A DNA stretch of 62,866 nt, filler included, from Rhabdomonas costata (GCA_019059605.1; 48 parts of 48 records of this genome joined end to end with filler, not necessarily neighbours in it), one strand, 5' to 3'. Numbered from the whole stretch's first letter, positions 24,700 to 36,547 are shown. The notes: a model not told the origin generated them from the letters alone. Numbers and translations are program-made.

Positions 24700-27569
24700 C
24701 ACAGAGCGGCCCAAGAGCCTGCGTGCAGGCACCTCACCTCCACTGTCCTCCCCCACCCCCCGACACCCTCACACCCACGCTAGTGCTCTATCTGGTGCAA
24801 GAAACGAAAGATTACCAATNNNNNNNNNNNNNNNNNNNNNNNNNNNNNNNNNNNNNNNNNNNNTTAATTAATTAANNNNNNNNNNNNNNNNNNNNNNNNN
24901 NNNNNNNNNNNNNNNNNNNGTGTTGGTGGTGCCAGTGCAACGAGGTTGGATTGGGTTTTTGAATGAGTAACGGTCAGTGAAATATTCTTCGAGAAGTTCG
25001 TTGATGTCCCACGAAGTTTTGCGGAAAAAATTTCCAGCCCTTCGTGGTGGGAGTTTGAGACAACCGCAGACGAGAATGGGAGAACCCTCTTCGCTCACCT
25101 TTGCCAGTCAAAGGGTGGTGGCCATGAGGATGTGGCCTCTTTTGGGGAGCGTCTTGAATTTCGTCTTCCTAATTTTTCCAGTTGCAGGATGGTGGTCACG
25201 AGAGTGTGGCCTCATTCAGGAAATTGTCATCTTGGTTCCGCAAGGTCTTCCCTCCCGACTTAATGCGCTTCATAGGCGACTGCGTTCTTCGTTGTGTGTG
25301 CTTCATCTTCCTTCTTTGCGCATCATGCCGTCTTTTCTCAGTCGTTTTTTCGGAAGAAAATGCAGGCGGTGTACGTGGACTCATGCGAGCGGGCCAAAGT
25401 GAGTCCCCATGTCGCTTTGCTTGCACTCATTCAGGAGGCCGCTCGGAAGCAGGTCATGCCTTGCCCCCACCTCATACAACCTTCCAAAAACCATACAAAA
25501 ACCATGGAATGCCAAAATGGGTCTCAGAATGAAAGGCATTGATTCGGACTTTTTGGCGGTACGTGCTTTCTTAGCTGGTTAAATCTTAATGTGAGAACTT
25601 GTGCCAACAACCGGTTCGATAATTTCCCAGACTTCTGTGGTTGCCCCCCACCCACCCATCTGTTCTGTGATGCAGATGCTTCCGCATCCTGCGGGTGTTT
25701 TTTTCACAGGTACCCCTGACTCGTCTGTCCCTCAGCCATGGTTTGCGACTTCGCCTTTCTCATCAACTCTCACTTCCTCTCTCTCTCTCTCTCTATGTGT
25801 GTCTCTCTCTCTCACGTACTCGTTGTCAAGTGCAAGCAATGTCCTTTTGTTGATTTTTTGCCTTTTGATCTTACCTCCATCATTTCTGTGATGGCCTTCC
25901 TTTCGCTTCCTTTGCTTCATCTTCTGAGCTAGCTCATGCACCATTTTCACTTTCAGTGTGGGATGAACTAGCTGTTAAATGTTTGGATGTGAACTATTGA
26001 AGAGTAGCGCACCCCACCCCACTTACGGGCCGGGCAGGCATATAATATATACGTTCGTTAGAAAATTCGTCAAAAAGGAGACATAAAAGACACGTTTAAA
26101 TACAGGGGTCCCAAAAAACACAGCACACACCNNNNNNNNNNNNNNNNNNNNNNNNNNNNNNNNNNNNNNNNNNNNTTAATTAATTAANNNNNNNNNNNNN
26201 NNNNNNNNNNNNNNNNNNNNNNNNNNNNNNNTTGTGTTTTTAACCACAAAAAACTCCTCAACAGCCAAAATTGTGTGGCCAACCAACCACCAGATGTTTC
26301 TCCCACCACCACGTTGGCCGCACAATTTTGGCTGTTGAGGAGTTTTTTGTGGTTAAAAACTCTTAAAACTTTGTTCTAACCAGGCCGGTTCGGACATGTC
26401 TTTCCTGAGTAAACCCTAGTTGTGGAGAGTGTAATCGGCCTAATAGTCTTGGTTTTGGTCATTGCGTGCTTCCTATTGCCCCACGTGACGAAAAACCCAA
26501 AGCGTTCTTCATTCCCAGCGGTGGCTTAGGAGCACCAACGGAGAAGGATACAAAACATCGGTTTGTAATGCCGAGCATCTTGAGGCAAAGGATTCCGTCC
26601 CAGCGAGGTATGGTGGGACCGGAGGTGAAATTTCAATGAGTGGCTGTGCTTTTGATTGGCTTCGTACCCTTGTTTTTTCCTTGTCTTTCCAGGCACTTCC
26701 AAAGTGAGCTAGAGATAATTGGAACCACGTGGGAAATCCACAATAAATTTGAGATTTTTTTGCATATTTTTGTGCGCTCTAAATAGGAGTGTGTGGGTTT
26801 ATTTTGTCAGAAACTGGTGTTCCGTTTACAGCCGATGTCCTAACAAGTCACACCTAAACACTTGCAACCTACTCCATTCACGCTTTGCTTGTGTACGTGT
26901 GGTTTCTCCACTTTTCAATGCTAGCAGCGGAAGCGTAGGAAGATCCAATATTTTCTCTTTGGATGATGTAGATAACCACCAACTAGATGCTATCGTGCCC
27001 ACGCCCACTCCTGCCACTCAGGAACGGGTTGTGGATACAGAGTCAGCCACTCTTGTGTTTGAAACCAATTCTGGTGATGCAATTGCTCTTATATTACATT
27101 GCTACACACAACTTGTGCGTTATTACACAACTTCCTTTGAGTGTATGATGTAAAGATGTGTTGTTTGGATCCTCTGTAGTTTGTTAGGTTTGGAACCCGG
27201 TCCTCTCCTGGTGTTTTAGAGCATTTAAGCACAAACGTGAACGACACCAATGTCAAAGTCACAGGTAATATGGACTTAATTCATGTGATTTATTCAATTG
27301 TAGCAGCTCCCAAATAGAAGAGTGCGCTCTTTTATATCTACAAATGTTTAAATTTAAAGATATTTTGCGTTTTAACAGTCGATGTATCATCTAAACGTTT
27401 GAGAGCTCAAGGCATCTGCTCCGCATCTTCCTCACCAACCCCCNNNNNNNNNNNNNNNNNNNNNNNNNNNNNNNNNNNNNNNNNNNNTTAATTAATTAAN
27501 NNNNNNNNNNNNNNNNNNNNNNNNNNNNNNNNNNNNNNNNNNNTGTGGTGGGTGTGGTTGGTGGGGGTG

Positions 27570-27722
27570 GGGGTTCCTGCTGGTCCCCCGCGGCGGCGTC
27601 CAAGGTGAGGTGGTGCATCAAGCGGCTCTGGTAGTATGGGTGCAGCGGATGCTGGGGGTGCAGGAAGCCAAAACGGGGGTCCCCGCCATGCTCGGCCCTC
27701 ACCGCAGCCTCCACATCGCAGC
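27570..27722 (-). CDS. SURP/SWAP domain exon (splicing-factor type)
   Basis: ttttag|GCDVEAAVRAEHGGDPRFGFLHPQHPLHPYYQSRL matches the SURP consensus E......NP.F.FL...H..H.YY...L. Confidence 0.82.
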
Positions 27723-28369
27723 CTAAAAGAGAATTATGGACACACAACACCTCACACACCCCAGGGAGCCCACCTTTTTCTCATATCAAGCTGTGGTCAG
27801 AACCTCTTATGATTCGAAACAAACAAAAGATTTTCGTTTGCAATCAACTCTATAGCCCCAGTTCCTTTTTTATCGGCGTCTCTTATCTTTCACTGAGCGC
27901 ACATGGCTTTTGTGTACAGCGCCTTATTTTTCTTTGTCAATGCTTCTCATGCTGTCCGTCGTACACTCAAAACCATGAAGAAAGTCCGTCCGTCCAATGT
28001 ATGAGGAAAAGATAGGGGGGGGAACAAAGGGGCAAAATGAAAGGGTTTCCAAAAAGTTCACCCAATGGAAAAACCGACGAAGAGATGCCCCAAACCCTCC
28101 AACTCCCCGCGGACAATGTTCAGAGAAATAACAAAAAGAGCGCCCGCCCGCACACAATCACTCACCAGCAGTGAAAACTGCGCAGGCGGCGACACGGTCA
28201 GCACATTGCCTCAGCTCCTCGGTGGACACTGCATGTATCGCATACAAACATCACAGAAGGGGCGCACTGCCGCAGCGATTACGGCTGAAGGAAAGTGGAG
28301 CATACGCTGCCAAAAGGACTGAAAATACTACAACGCTCCGCTCATAAATGAAATCTGGGCGCTGGTCAA

Positions 28370-28625
28370 TTTTGGGCCCAGTGTCGTGCCCAAAGCTCCA
28401 AACTAACCCCAGCACTTGTTGTCTGGACTCATTTTGCTCCCCTCGAAGATGCTCTGGTGGTAGATGCTCTTCACGTCCTTTACCGCATCATGTCACTCCC
28501 AAGCTTCTCCTTCATCGACATCTCGTGCCCACATCCGCATTTAGCAGTTGTGCGTAGTAGTCCAACCCGCTGCAGCTCCGAAATAGCTCTCACACCGGCC
28601 ATTTTGAGGATTGCAATGAGAGAAT
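28370..28625 (-). mobile_element. Merlin/IS1595(ISXO2)-like DNA transposase N-terminal relic, frameshifted
   Basis: AISELQRVGLLRTTAKCGCGHEM, then in shifted frames KSIYHQSIFEGSKMSP and QVLGLVWSF; matches the Merlin N-terminal zinc-ribbon region; no DDE core visible. Confidence 0.6.
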
Positions 28626-29423
28626 TCTTCGCTTTCTTCTGCTTTTGTGTTTCTTTTTTCGGGGTGTACGGAGGTTTCTTTTCATTTTCAGGCTTCTTCT
28701 TCTTCTTCTTCTTCTTTTCCTCTTTGTTCTCCCACTTTTTCTTCCGCATCTCCGTNNNNNNNNNNNNNNNNNNNNNNNNNNNNNNNNNNNNNNNNNNNNT
28801 TAATTAATTAANNNNNNNNNNNNNNNNNNNNNNNNNNNNNNNNNNNNNNNNNNNNGGGGTGTGGGAATACGGGGGAATGAGATGTGGTACTGCTCGGAAA
28901 ATGAGAAGTGTAGTGCTGAAAAATAAAGTAAAGTGGTCATCGTCTTCAGTGCAACTGAATCAAAAAGCGCAACGTTCTTGCGGCGGTGAGAAAACAGCGA
29001 ATCTGGTGTGTTCTCCACTCATTGAATGGGTTGTTTCTTGTGTCACCGTGGTGGCAGTGGGACCCGCGAACATCATGCGCTTTCTATGTTCACCTCCGTG
29101 ATCCACAAAGCGGCAAGATTAAATGTGCTTACCTCTGCCTCAACTGCTCCTCTCAGGGAAATGCATGTAATGATTGAAGGGTGCCCTGTTTTACTTTTTT
29201 GAAAATGCTCTTTCATCACTGTGGTACCAGGGCTCAGCAAGCATTGGGGGCACACGAGAGCATACAAAAAGCCCTAAAGAAAAAACCAACACTGATTGAC
29301 AGAAAGATCAGATGCTGTAGAATGCCCCGTTTTTGTTACTTTGCTGCTGCATGTGACAGCACTGACGTATTGCCCCCGCCTCCATCCCTCCTTTTTCCTT
29401 CCCTCCTTCCTCTCCGCGGGGAG

Positions 29424-29985
29424 ATGGTTGGGCCTTCTCTCAGCCTGGTGCTGCCGCAGCTGGTGGTATTGCTCTTGGTCGGCTGCGGCGTGTGGAGTCC
29501 CGTAGTCCTTCGTATGAACTTTTTTGGTCGTGCATTCCGTGCATCAGCCCCTCAGTTTCAGTTTCAGACCTGCTTACGAACATTCCTCCTTGCACACGTT
29601 GCAGAAGTGGGACGGGGTTCCATGTTTTTGGTTTGGGTGCAAGTTTTCCTGACGTAATGCGAAGGCCAGGCGCCGACTCCCATCACCCGTTACCCGCGGC
29701 CAATTCCAGAACGGCGCTTTTCACCTCCAGTGCGAGAACTGCTTGCCATAGCATCCGCACTCTCAGCTGGTTTCGCAGCACGCTCATTAATTGCATTGGC
29801 CTTCACCACGGCCTCCACTTATGATCCTCTGGTCATGTTGGTCTCCTTCTTTCTCAACGCAGCGACTTCGGGCCAAGGAATCTTCACCTGTGGCAGTGCC
29901 TTCTCCTGCCCCTCGGGGTTCACTGCTAACCCTCCCGCCTCGGCTTGTGCCAACGCAGCGTGCACCCAGGATGAATGCTGCACTG
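29424..29985 (+). CDS. Secreted protein: signal-peptide exon (29424-29487) plus 6-Cys module exon copy 2 (29863-29985)
   Basis: MVGPSLSLVLPQLVVLLLVGC joined via G|gcgtgt...cgcag|CG to ATSGQGIFTCGSAFSCPSGFTANPPASACANAACTQDECCT; both donors would be GC. Confidence 0.7.
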
Positions 29986-30583
29986 GCATGTGCCCCTAGT
30001 TCAGCTCCTCCTGTTCGTTTTCCTCCCTCGTCTCTTGCCTCTGCGGCGGGACGGAAGGGCCGGAAGGNNNNNNNNNNNNNNNNNNNNNNNNNNNNNNNNN
30101 NNNNNNNNNNNTTAATTAATTAANNNNNNNNNNNNNNNNNNNNNNNNNNNNNNNNNNNNNNNNNNNNGGGGTTTGGTGCGCTGAATTCCTGGGGTACCTC
30201 CAAAATTGACGTCGTAAGTTGAAGTTCCCAGTGCATGTTCGAGAGATCCTTTAGACGTGATGCCTGCCTCGAGCTGCCTCGGCTAGTACCTTCTGCCATG
30301 AAAAGTGAGAATGTATTCTATCTATTCCCGCGTAATAAATGCAGCAATCAAGCAAAACAAGCATGTATACAGCATCATTTTGACCATAACCATGGTCTAT
30401 GCCTTCTGCCGAGTCCGCCGATGGTGGTTGTTTTCGTGTTTGTGTGCGTATGGAATGTGTGTGGCTTTCTAATAAAGACGTTCTGGTCCAGCGTGCTTAC
30501 TGTGCTTTCCTCCGCCTCCCTCCCTCCTTCGTTTGGCTTTCTCGGCTCCCTTTGCCTGTGTCTGTGCTGAGCGTCCCGCCGTG

Positions 30584-30633
30584 ATGGCCACGGCAGCAGC
30601 CCTGGAGCAGCGTGCGACGCAAGCGGAAGAGAT
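30584..30633 (+). CDS. Candidate first exon of a coiled-coil protein
   Basis: Long pyrimidine tract plus AG, then ATG MATAAALEQRATQAEE and a GT donor. Confidence 0.4.
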
Positions 30634-31548
30634 GTACGCTTCCCCCGCCCCACCCCCGCCTTCTTCAGGTCGTCCCAGGTCCTTCCCGGTCCTGTTAAAA
30701 AAACCCTAACTCAACAGACAGCTTCAATTCTCTCGAATTCTCGATTTCTTCGGGCGCTTTCGAAGCGTCTCCTTTCCTTTTCTGTGTAATTGATTGTGTT
30801 TTCTTCGTGTGCGTGCTTCCTTGCCGAGTTTGTCCCTGACTTTATTTTTCAGCATCGGGCGAGCGATGCCACCGCACATGAACGCTTTTTGCACAGGCAT
30901 CTCAGCTCAAAATGCAACTGTCACTGAGTCAAACGACACATACACATCCTCCACATCAACTCACACGTTGAAGTGCCGGGCTTTTTTCAATTGCAAAGAA
31001 AAAGAAATAATGCGAAAAATTCTCTCTCGTCTTATCTACTTCATGGTGTAACGCCTTCGCTCTTCCTTCTTCTTGTTGAATATTCCTCTTCCTTGCGTTC
31101 GTCCGCGTTTTCTTCTCTTCAAAGGCAAAGACCTCTCACAAACGCTCCCTTGTAGCTCAACAACCCACAGCCGCGGTCCAGCCATGTACAGCATCCAGAG
31201 AACCCAAGGGCAGCGGTGCAAGCCCTCTTTGGCTGCCCTCTACGGGCGCCATATTACAGCCAGCAGACTCTAGGGCGCGTGGCTAGAGCACAAGCACAAG
31301 GGAACCGGGACAGCAGCCCACACGTCGACCAGCGCTCGTTTTGCTCACCATCTCAACACATTGGTGCACCCAACCCCCCNNNNNNNNNNNNNNNNNNNNN
31401 NNNNNNNNNNNNNNNNNNNNNNNTTAATTAATTAANNNNNNNNNNNNNNNNNNNNNNNNNNNNNNNNNNNNNNNNNNNNGTTGGGGTGTTACTTTATAAA
31501 ATTATTATTTATGTTTGTTTATCATTTAAACAAACATAAATAATAATT

Positions 31549-32681
31549 TTATAAAGTAACATCTTCAAGACGTAAACTTCCTTCCGATCTAAAACTTTCA
31601 GCAGGTCTTAAATCTTCGTCCGATCTAAAACTTTCATCGAGTTTTAGACTTCTTTCAGATCTGGAACTTTTGTCAAGTCTTTGACTTCCTTCATATCTGA
31701 AACTTTTGTCAAGTCTTTGACTTCCTTCATATCTGAAACTTTCGTCAGGTCTTAGACTTTCTTCCGATATGGGACATCCTTCAGGTCTTGAACCTGAAGA
31801 ATAAAACATTTGTGTTATATCTCTCATTTTTGTATTTTTTAAATTTTGTAATATATTTGTTGTATCTATTATAATATTGTTACTGCTGTTAATATATACA
31901 GTAACATAACCGCTCAAATTAGATGTTACTACCAATGCATCTCTATACTGTTTATCATTCTTTGCAAATTGTGCATTACTTTGAATTTTTAAATTTATTT
32001 GTAACATGTTCCCATCTTTTTTTCAATACATATATCAGATCTCATTGGATTGCTACTTGACCTTGTTGTACAATATTCATAATATTTTTTAATTTTTTCA
32101 ATTACATTATGTGAGGTTTCATCTGTTATACGTTTTAAATGCTCAAAACCACATTTTCCTGGTAATGCAGATGAATCCTTTTCAATTCTAAAAATATCAT
32201 CATCATCATTTTCTTTGCTTTTGTATGTACTAATTAATGATTGAAATATTTGTAAAAATAACCGTTCTGAAATAATAAAACTCATTGTACCATAATTTTT
32301 TATAGTTTTGGGTATATATATATCTCTTAACTGTGTTTTATATATTGTATATATTTGATTTTTTGTTGTGTCATCAATTTTATCTATATTTTCATTTTGT
32401 ATTAAATATTTTTCTTTAATCTTATCTATATTATTGATTCTATTTTTATATGTATTGTCTAATAAATCAATTATGTCTTTGAGCAAATTTATATTTGAAT
32501 CATATAATGAAGTAGATAATGATGATATTAATTCACTTTTATCTATTTCATATTTTTTTAATTCTGTTGCGATTATATCTAATTTTCCAATATTTGATGT
32601 ATATAAATCTATAAAATTGTTTATGTACATATACATTTTATTAAAATTATCATATGTATCATATGGTTCTTTTATTATTTC
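31549..32681 (-). CDS. AT-rich intronless ORF, 5'-partial; probably one gene with a homopolymer frameshift near 32017-32023; foreign to the host genome
   Basis: The frame is open from the contig end (EIIKEPYDTYDNFNKMY...) through the 213-aa ORF; one extra A in the A7 run fuses it to the 152-aa ORF (IEKKDGNMLQINL); Ile/Asn/Lys-rich with A/T-ending codons. Confidence 0.7.
31560..31770 (-). repeat. 36-nt (12-aa) coding tandem repeat, about 5.5 copies
   Basis: SLRPDESFRYEG SQRLDKSFRYEG SQRLDKSSRSER SLKLDESFRSDE DLRPAESFRSEG SLRLED. Confidence 0.9.
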
Positions 32682-32825
32682 CCCACAAAACNNNNNNNNN
32701 NNNNNNNNNNNNNNNNNNNNNNNNNNNNNNNNNNNTTAATTAATTAANNNNNNNNNNNNNNNNNNNNNNNNNNNNNNNNNNNNNNNNNNNNGTGTTGGGC
32801 ACTACGTCTCCGAAAGCTTTCCCAT

Positions 32826-33034
32826 GTGCCTCTTTACATCTTTACGGACAACGTGGGTGTGCAGCTCACTCTTTCGTCTGGTTCCCGCAGTCCCCCATTC
32901 GCGCGCCTGCATTCTCGGGAACGCGGAAGGCAACGTCCGCGTTTGTTTCCAGTCCGAGCCAGTCCGAGATTTGCTTCCGAATCGCCTGGGTACCTTCGGC
33001 CCGCAATTTTGCGAACTGCTTTTCGCGCCCACTC
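32826..33034 (+). mobile_element. Decayed RNase H of a tyrosine-recombinase retrotransposon (DIRS/Ngaro/VIPER/TATE type)
   Basis: LYIFTDNVGVQLTLSSGSRSP and, in another frame, FRIAWVPSARNFANCFSR, matching the DIRS-type RNase H motifs xxTDN...G..S and WVPS..N.AD..SR. Confidence 0.65.
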
Positions 33035-34320
33035 TCCCGCATGCCCTGGAGCCCACCTTAGTCGGGCTGAGCTCCTGCTGGCCTTTGAGAAGGTCAGACA
33101 CACCTCTTCCCCCCGACCTCGGTCTCAGGGCGGTGGTTGAGTGGGCTTAGGCTCATGCAGTAAAAAAGGCGGAAACTTTTGTTTTTCAATGTGGGAATGG
33201 AAACGACAGAACATCAAGAACCACGTGAGACACGGAAAACGGTTGCCTAGAGGGGCTCTGCTTCGAGCACCCGTAAGCGTCCTCACTTTTCCCAGTGTCC
33301 AGCGTTCCAAATTTATGAACCACATCACAAAGCTAGCCACAACCCCCATCCCCCGAAAATTGCCTGCCAATCATGGGGTAATTTGAGCAACGACGGGGCA
33401 CTCAAATATCCAAGAGTATCCCCAATCTGGTGAAACCCCGCAAGAAGCATGTGGAAGTTAGCGAGCAGCAGAGTGGTGTCAGCCTTTTACACAAGGCAAT
33501 TGCCCTTATAATGCTACTTCTTTTTTTGGGTGAATTTTTAAAGGGGCTTTGCTTGAAATGACCAGCAACAGCTCACTCAAACAGCTTATACCACCCTGCG
33601 TGAGACCATCTTGGAGACCCCACTCGAAGAATTCGTCGTTGAAGACTTGCGGGTTGGTGGTGATGCACCCATCTCCGTTTGTGAGATTCGACATATCCTT
33701 TGCAAGGGGTTAGTGAGGCGGTACGCGTGTTCCCTTGTGTTTCAATAGAAAATCAACAGGGGTTTAGGTTATGGTGCCCGTGTCTTCAGCTGTTTGTTCC
33801 CCCCAGTCACTCTACCCACCAGAATCTTTCGCTCTTTCGTGGCCACGCACTTTTGCTGTTGTTTCTTTCCTGCTCTTTCACCAGGAGTGAAGCAGCCCAA
33901 TTGCTTCAACTGCTACCACAGAAGTTTTCAATAATGGAAGGCCAGAACGAAAGATTCTGGTGGGTAGAGTGACTGGGGGGAACAAACAGCTGAACACACA
34001 ACANNNNNNNNNNNNNNNNNNNNNNNNNNNNNNNNNNNNNNNNNNNNTTAATTAATTAANNNNNNNNNNNNNNNNNNNNNNNNNNNNNNNNNNNNNNNNN
34101 NNNGGTGTGGGGGGGTGTGTCATTTGCCTTTTTTTAAATTAAAATGGGAGTGCGTACGGGCTGCCCGAGGCTAACAATGAGTGCCACAACACTACCAAGG
34201 AACCTATATATAGGATCTGACGAGATAGATCGAGAGAGGTGGTGGATGTGGTTGAAAAGAGGGGGGCGGCATGCACTTCGTGACTCGGGCGCAGCAGGGG
34301 CAGTGGAGGTAGTTCTGGGC

Positions 34321-34494
34321 CTTGGTTAGAGTGAGCTGGGCCAGCACCTCCTCCATGCTCTGCCCCGGGGCCTCGGTGCCCTCCAGCGGGGCCTTGACCT
34401 GCTTCTTGTCAAGCCCACTGCCGTACTTCTCCGTGTTCGAGATCTGCACCCCAGGGGGCTTCGCCTTCGCCAGCTCCGCTCGCAGCGCATCCAA
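34321..34494 (-). CDS. Exon of an unknown coiled-coil-containing protein
   Basis: cttcag|LDALRAELAKAKPPGVQISNTEKYGSGLDKKQ...MEEVLAQLTLTK with strong GC3 bias; 3' boundary inferred. Confidence 0.6.
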
Positions 34495-35637
34495 CTGAAG
34501 CGACCGAAAAGATACCATCACAAGGAAGCAGCACAGGAGAGCAGAAGAGGATGGCCATGGATTCGCATTTTCAAGAAAACCGATTATTGCTGAAAATTGT
34601 GAATGGGGAGCGAAAGGTCATTTGAGTGGGACGATGTGGCACTGGCCGCAAGGCAGGAACGGGACACCCCATGGAAATACAGTGAGTGCGGGGGAGTCCG
34701 TGAGAGGGCACAACCGGGGAATCGGTACGTACGGATTTGCAACGGGTCCAAAAGAAAGACACAACGAGTCAGACAAAGGCACCTCTCTCTCTCTCCAAGA
34801 GTACACACCTCAGTGGTGGCTGCGTCGAGGTTCACACGAGTTTTCTCAAGACGGCAGCTAACCTCCCGCCCCTGCTCCTCGATCTGCGTCATCCGCAGCC
34901 CCCCAATCCCGCAGAATTCTTGATTGATTATCAATCATTCACCCAGAAATACCATGCAACTGCAACATCTCCCTAAGGACATTCATAGAAGGCACATTTG
35001 CATCTTTTATCCCTTTCATTTCTTCCACTTACCCAAATTCCATCTCACTCTGTTTCACTCCATCTCGTCCCTCCTCTTCCTTGGTCTCTGTGCTCAGGTA
35101 ATGCTGCGCCTCAGTGGCTTCCCACTTTTCTGCAATGTGTCCTTCTGCTGCGGAGAGACTCGTGCGAATCCGGGCAAAAGGATGGAACAGCAATGCACTA
35201 GGAAGGTAGGCGAAAGAGAAGCGTACACCATAAGTAAGATTCCGTACACATCTCAAAATATTTGCCTGCACGAATATAATATATAAGCAAAGGTAGACAA
35301 CATTGCACCAAAACANNNNNNNNNNNNNNNNNNNNNNNNNNNNNNNNNNNNNNNNNNNNTTAATTAATTAANNNNNNNNNNNNNNNNNNNNNNNNNNNNN
35401 NNNNNNNNNNNNNNNCTAACGGAAGGGCACGCCGAAGTAGGGATATGGACAGGCAAAACTCCTGCTCACCGGATTTGAAGCAAGAAGTACAATACAAATC
35501 CACAGATTAGGATACAGAGCACACCCCAAAGTGTGCACCAAAGCAAACCAGGACAAGCGTACATTGTGTCATTACATTCCGAAGAGGGCTCCCTCTGAAA
35601 GTTCAGTGACCCAGAGGCAAAGGTGAAACACCCCAGG

Positions 35638-36547
35638 TCAGTACTTCCCCGAGGCCTGCGCCGCTGCCAAAGCCTCTTCAATGCCAGCGACTAGCTGGTC
35701 CGCCTCGGCCACTCCGAAGACAAGTGGGGGCTTGATCTTGATCACGTTCTCGTCCGGGCCATCGCGGCTGATAATCACGTTGATATACCTGGCATGGGGG
35801 ACACCACAGGGCCGATCTAAGTAGTCCGTCCCAGTTTAAAATACATCAATCATGTACCAGTTCGGTGCAGTCAGAAGGTGGGAACTATCCACGCAACCAC
35901 GGGAACACCCATAACTCGAGAGGAGAACAAATTCACAAATTCACAGATTCGGCATCCTTGCTAACGAGTTTAACGTGAAAAGGTTCCCAAAGGGTCCACA
36001 AAGAAAATAGCCAGGCTTCGAAATGCTGACAATGCCATCAATCAAGTCAGGAAAAAGGTTCTTGCCTGACTCCAGGCTCAGGCGTGGACGCGCTTTTCTT
36101 CAACGCACCGGCTGGAACAGAAAGACAGGTATCTGAAACGCCTACTTGTGCAGAATCTGAGGAGCGCGTATTTACGTTATTTTATTGCTTCGTGTTGTTG
36201 GGAGGAACGGAGAGCCAGCTCAAGTGTTTTTGTTTCAAAGAGAGGAAAATGAATAATGGGCCATCGAGTTCGAGGAGCAGCTTTCATTGCTCACCTGAGG
36301 TAGTCCACCACAAACTTCGTGAGGTCGGGGTAGGGCAAGGGGTCCTCCGCGGAGTTGGACCGGACAAACTCCACCCCCCGGAACAGCCCCATGCCTCGAA
36401 GATCCCCAACCCACGTGTACTTCTGTCTCAGCGGGAGCAGCTTGCGGTGCAGGTACTCCCCCACCTCCAGGGCGTGGCTCTGCAAGCCCTCCTGAGCGAT
36501 GGTGTCCAGCACTGCCTCGGCGATGGCGCAGGCCAGGGAGTTGCCCC
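35638..36547 (-). CDS. Class-III PLP aminotransferase (ETNPPL/PHYKPL/AGXT2-like), last two exons (36547-36295 and 35788-35638)
   Basis: GGNSLACAIAEAVL...VGDLRGMGLFRGVEFV...LR|YINVIISRDGPDENVIKIKPPLVF...GKY*; GT-AG intron 36294-35789 is in phase. Confidence 0.9.

Noticed and set aside
31487-31561. 35-bp perfect hairpin at the stop codon as proof of a Mimivirus-type terminator
   Set aside because: The arm extends into the CDS and up to the primer remnant like the other fold-back artefacts. A natural core hairpin may have seeded it, but this cannot be shown here.
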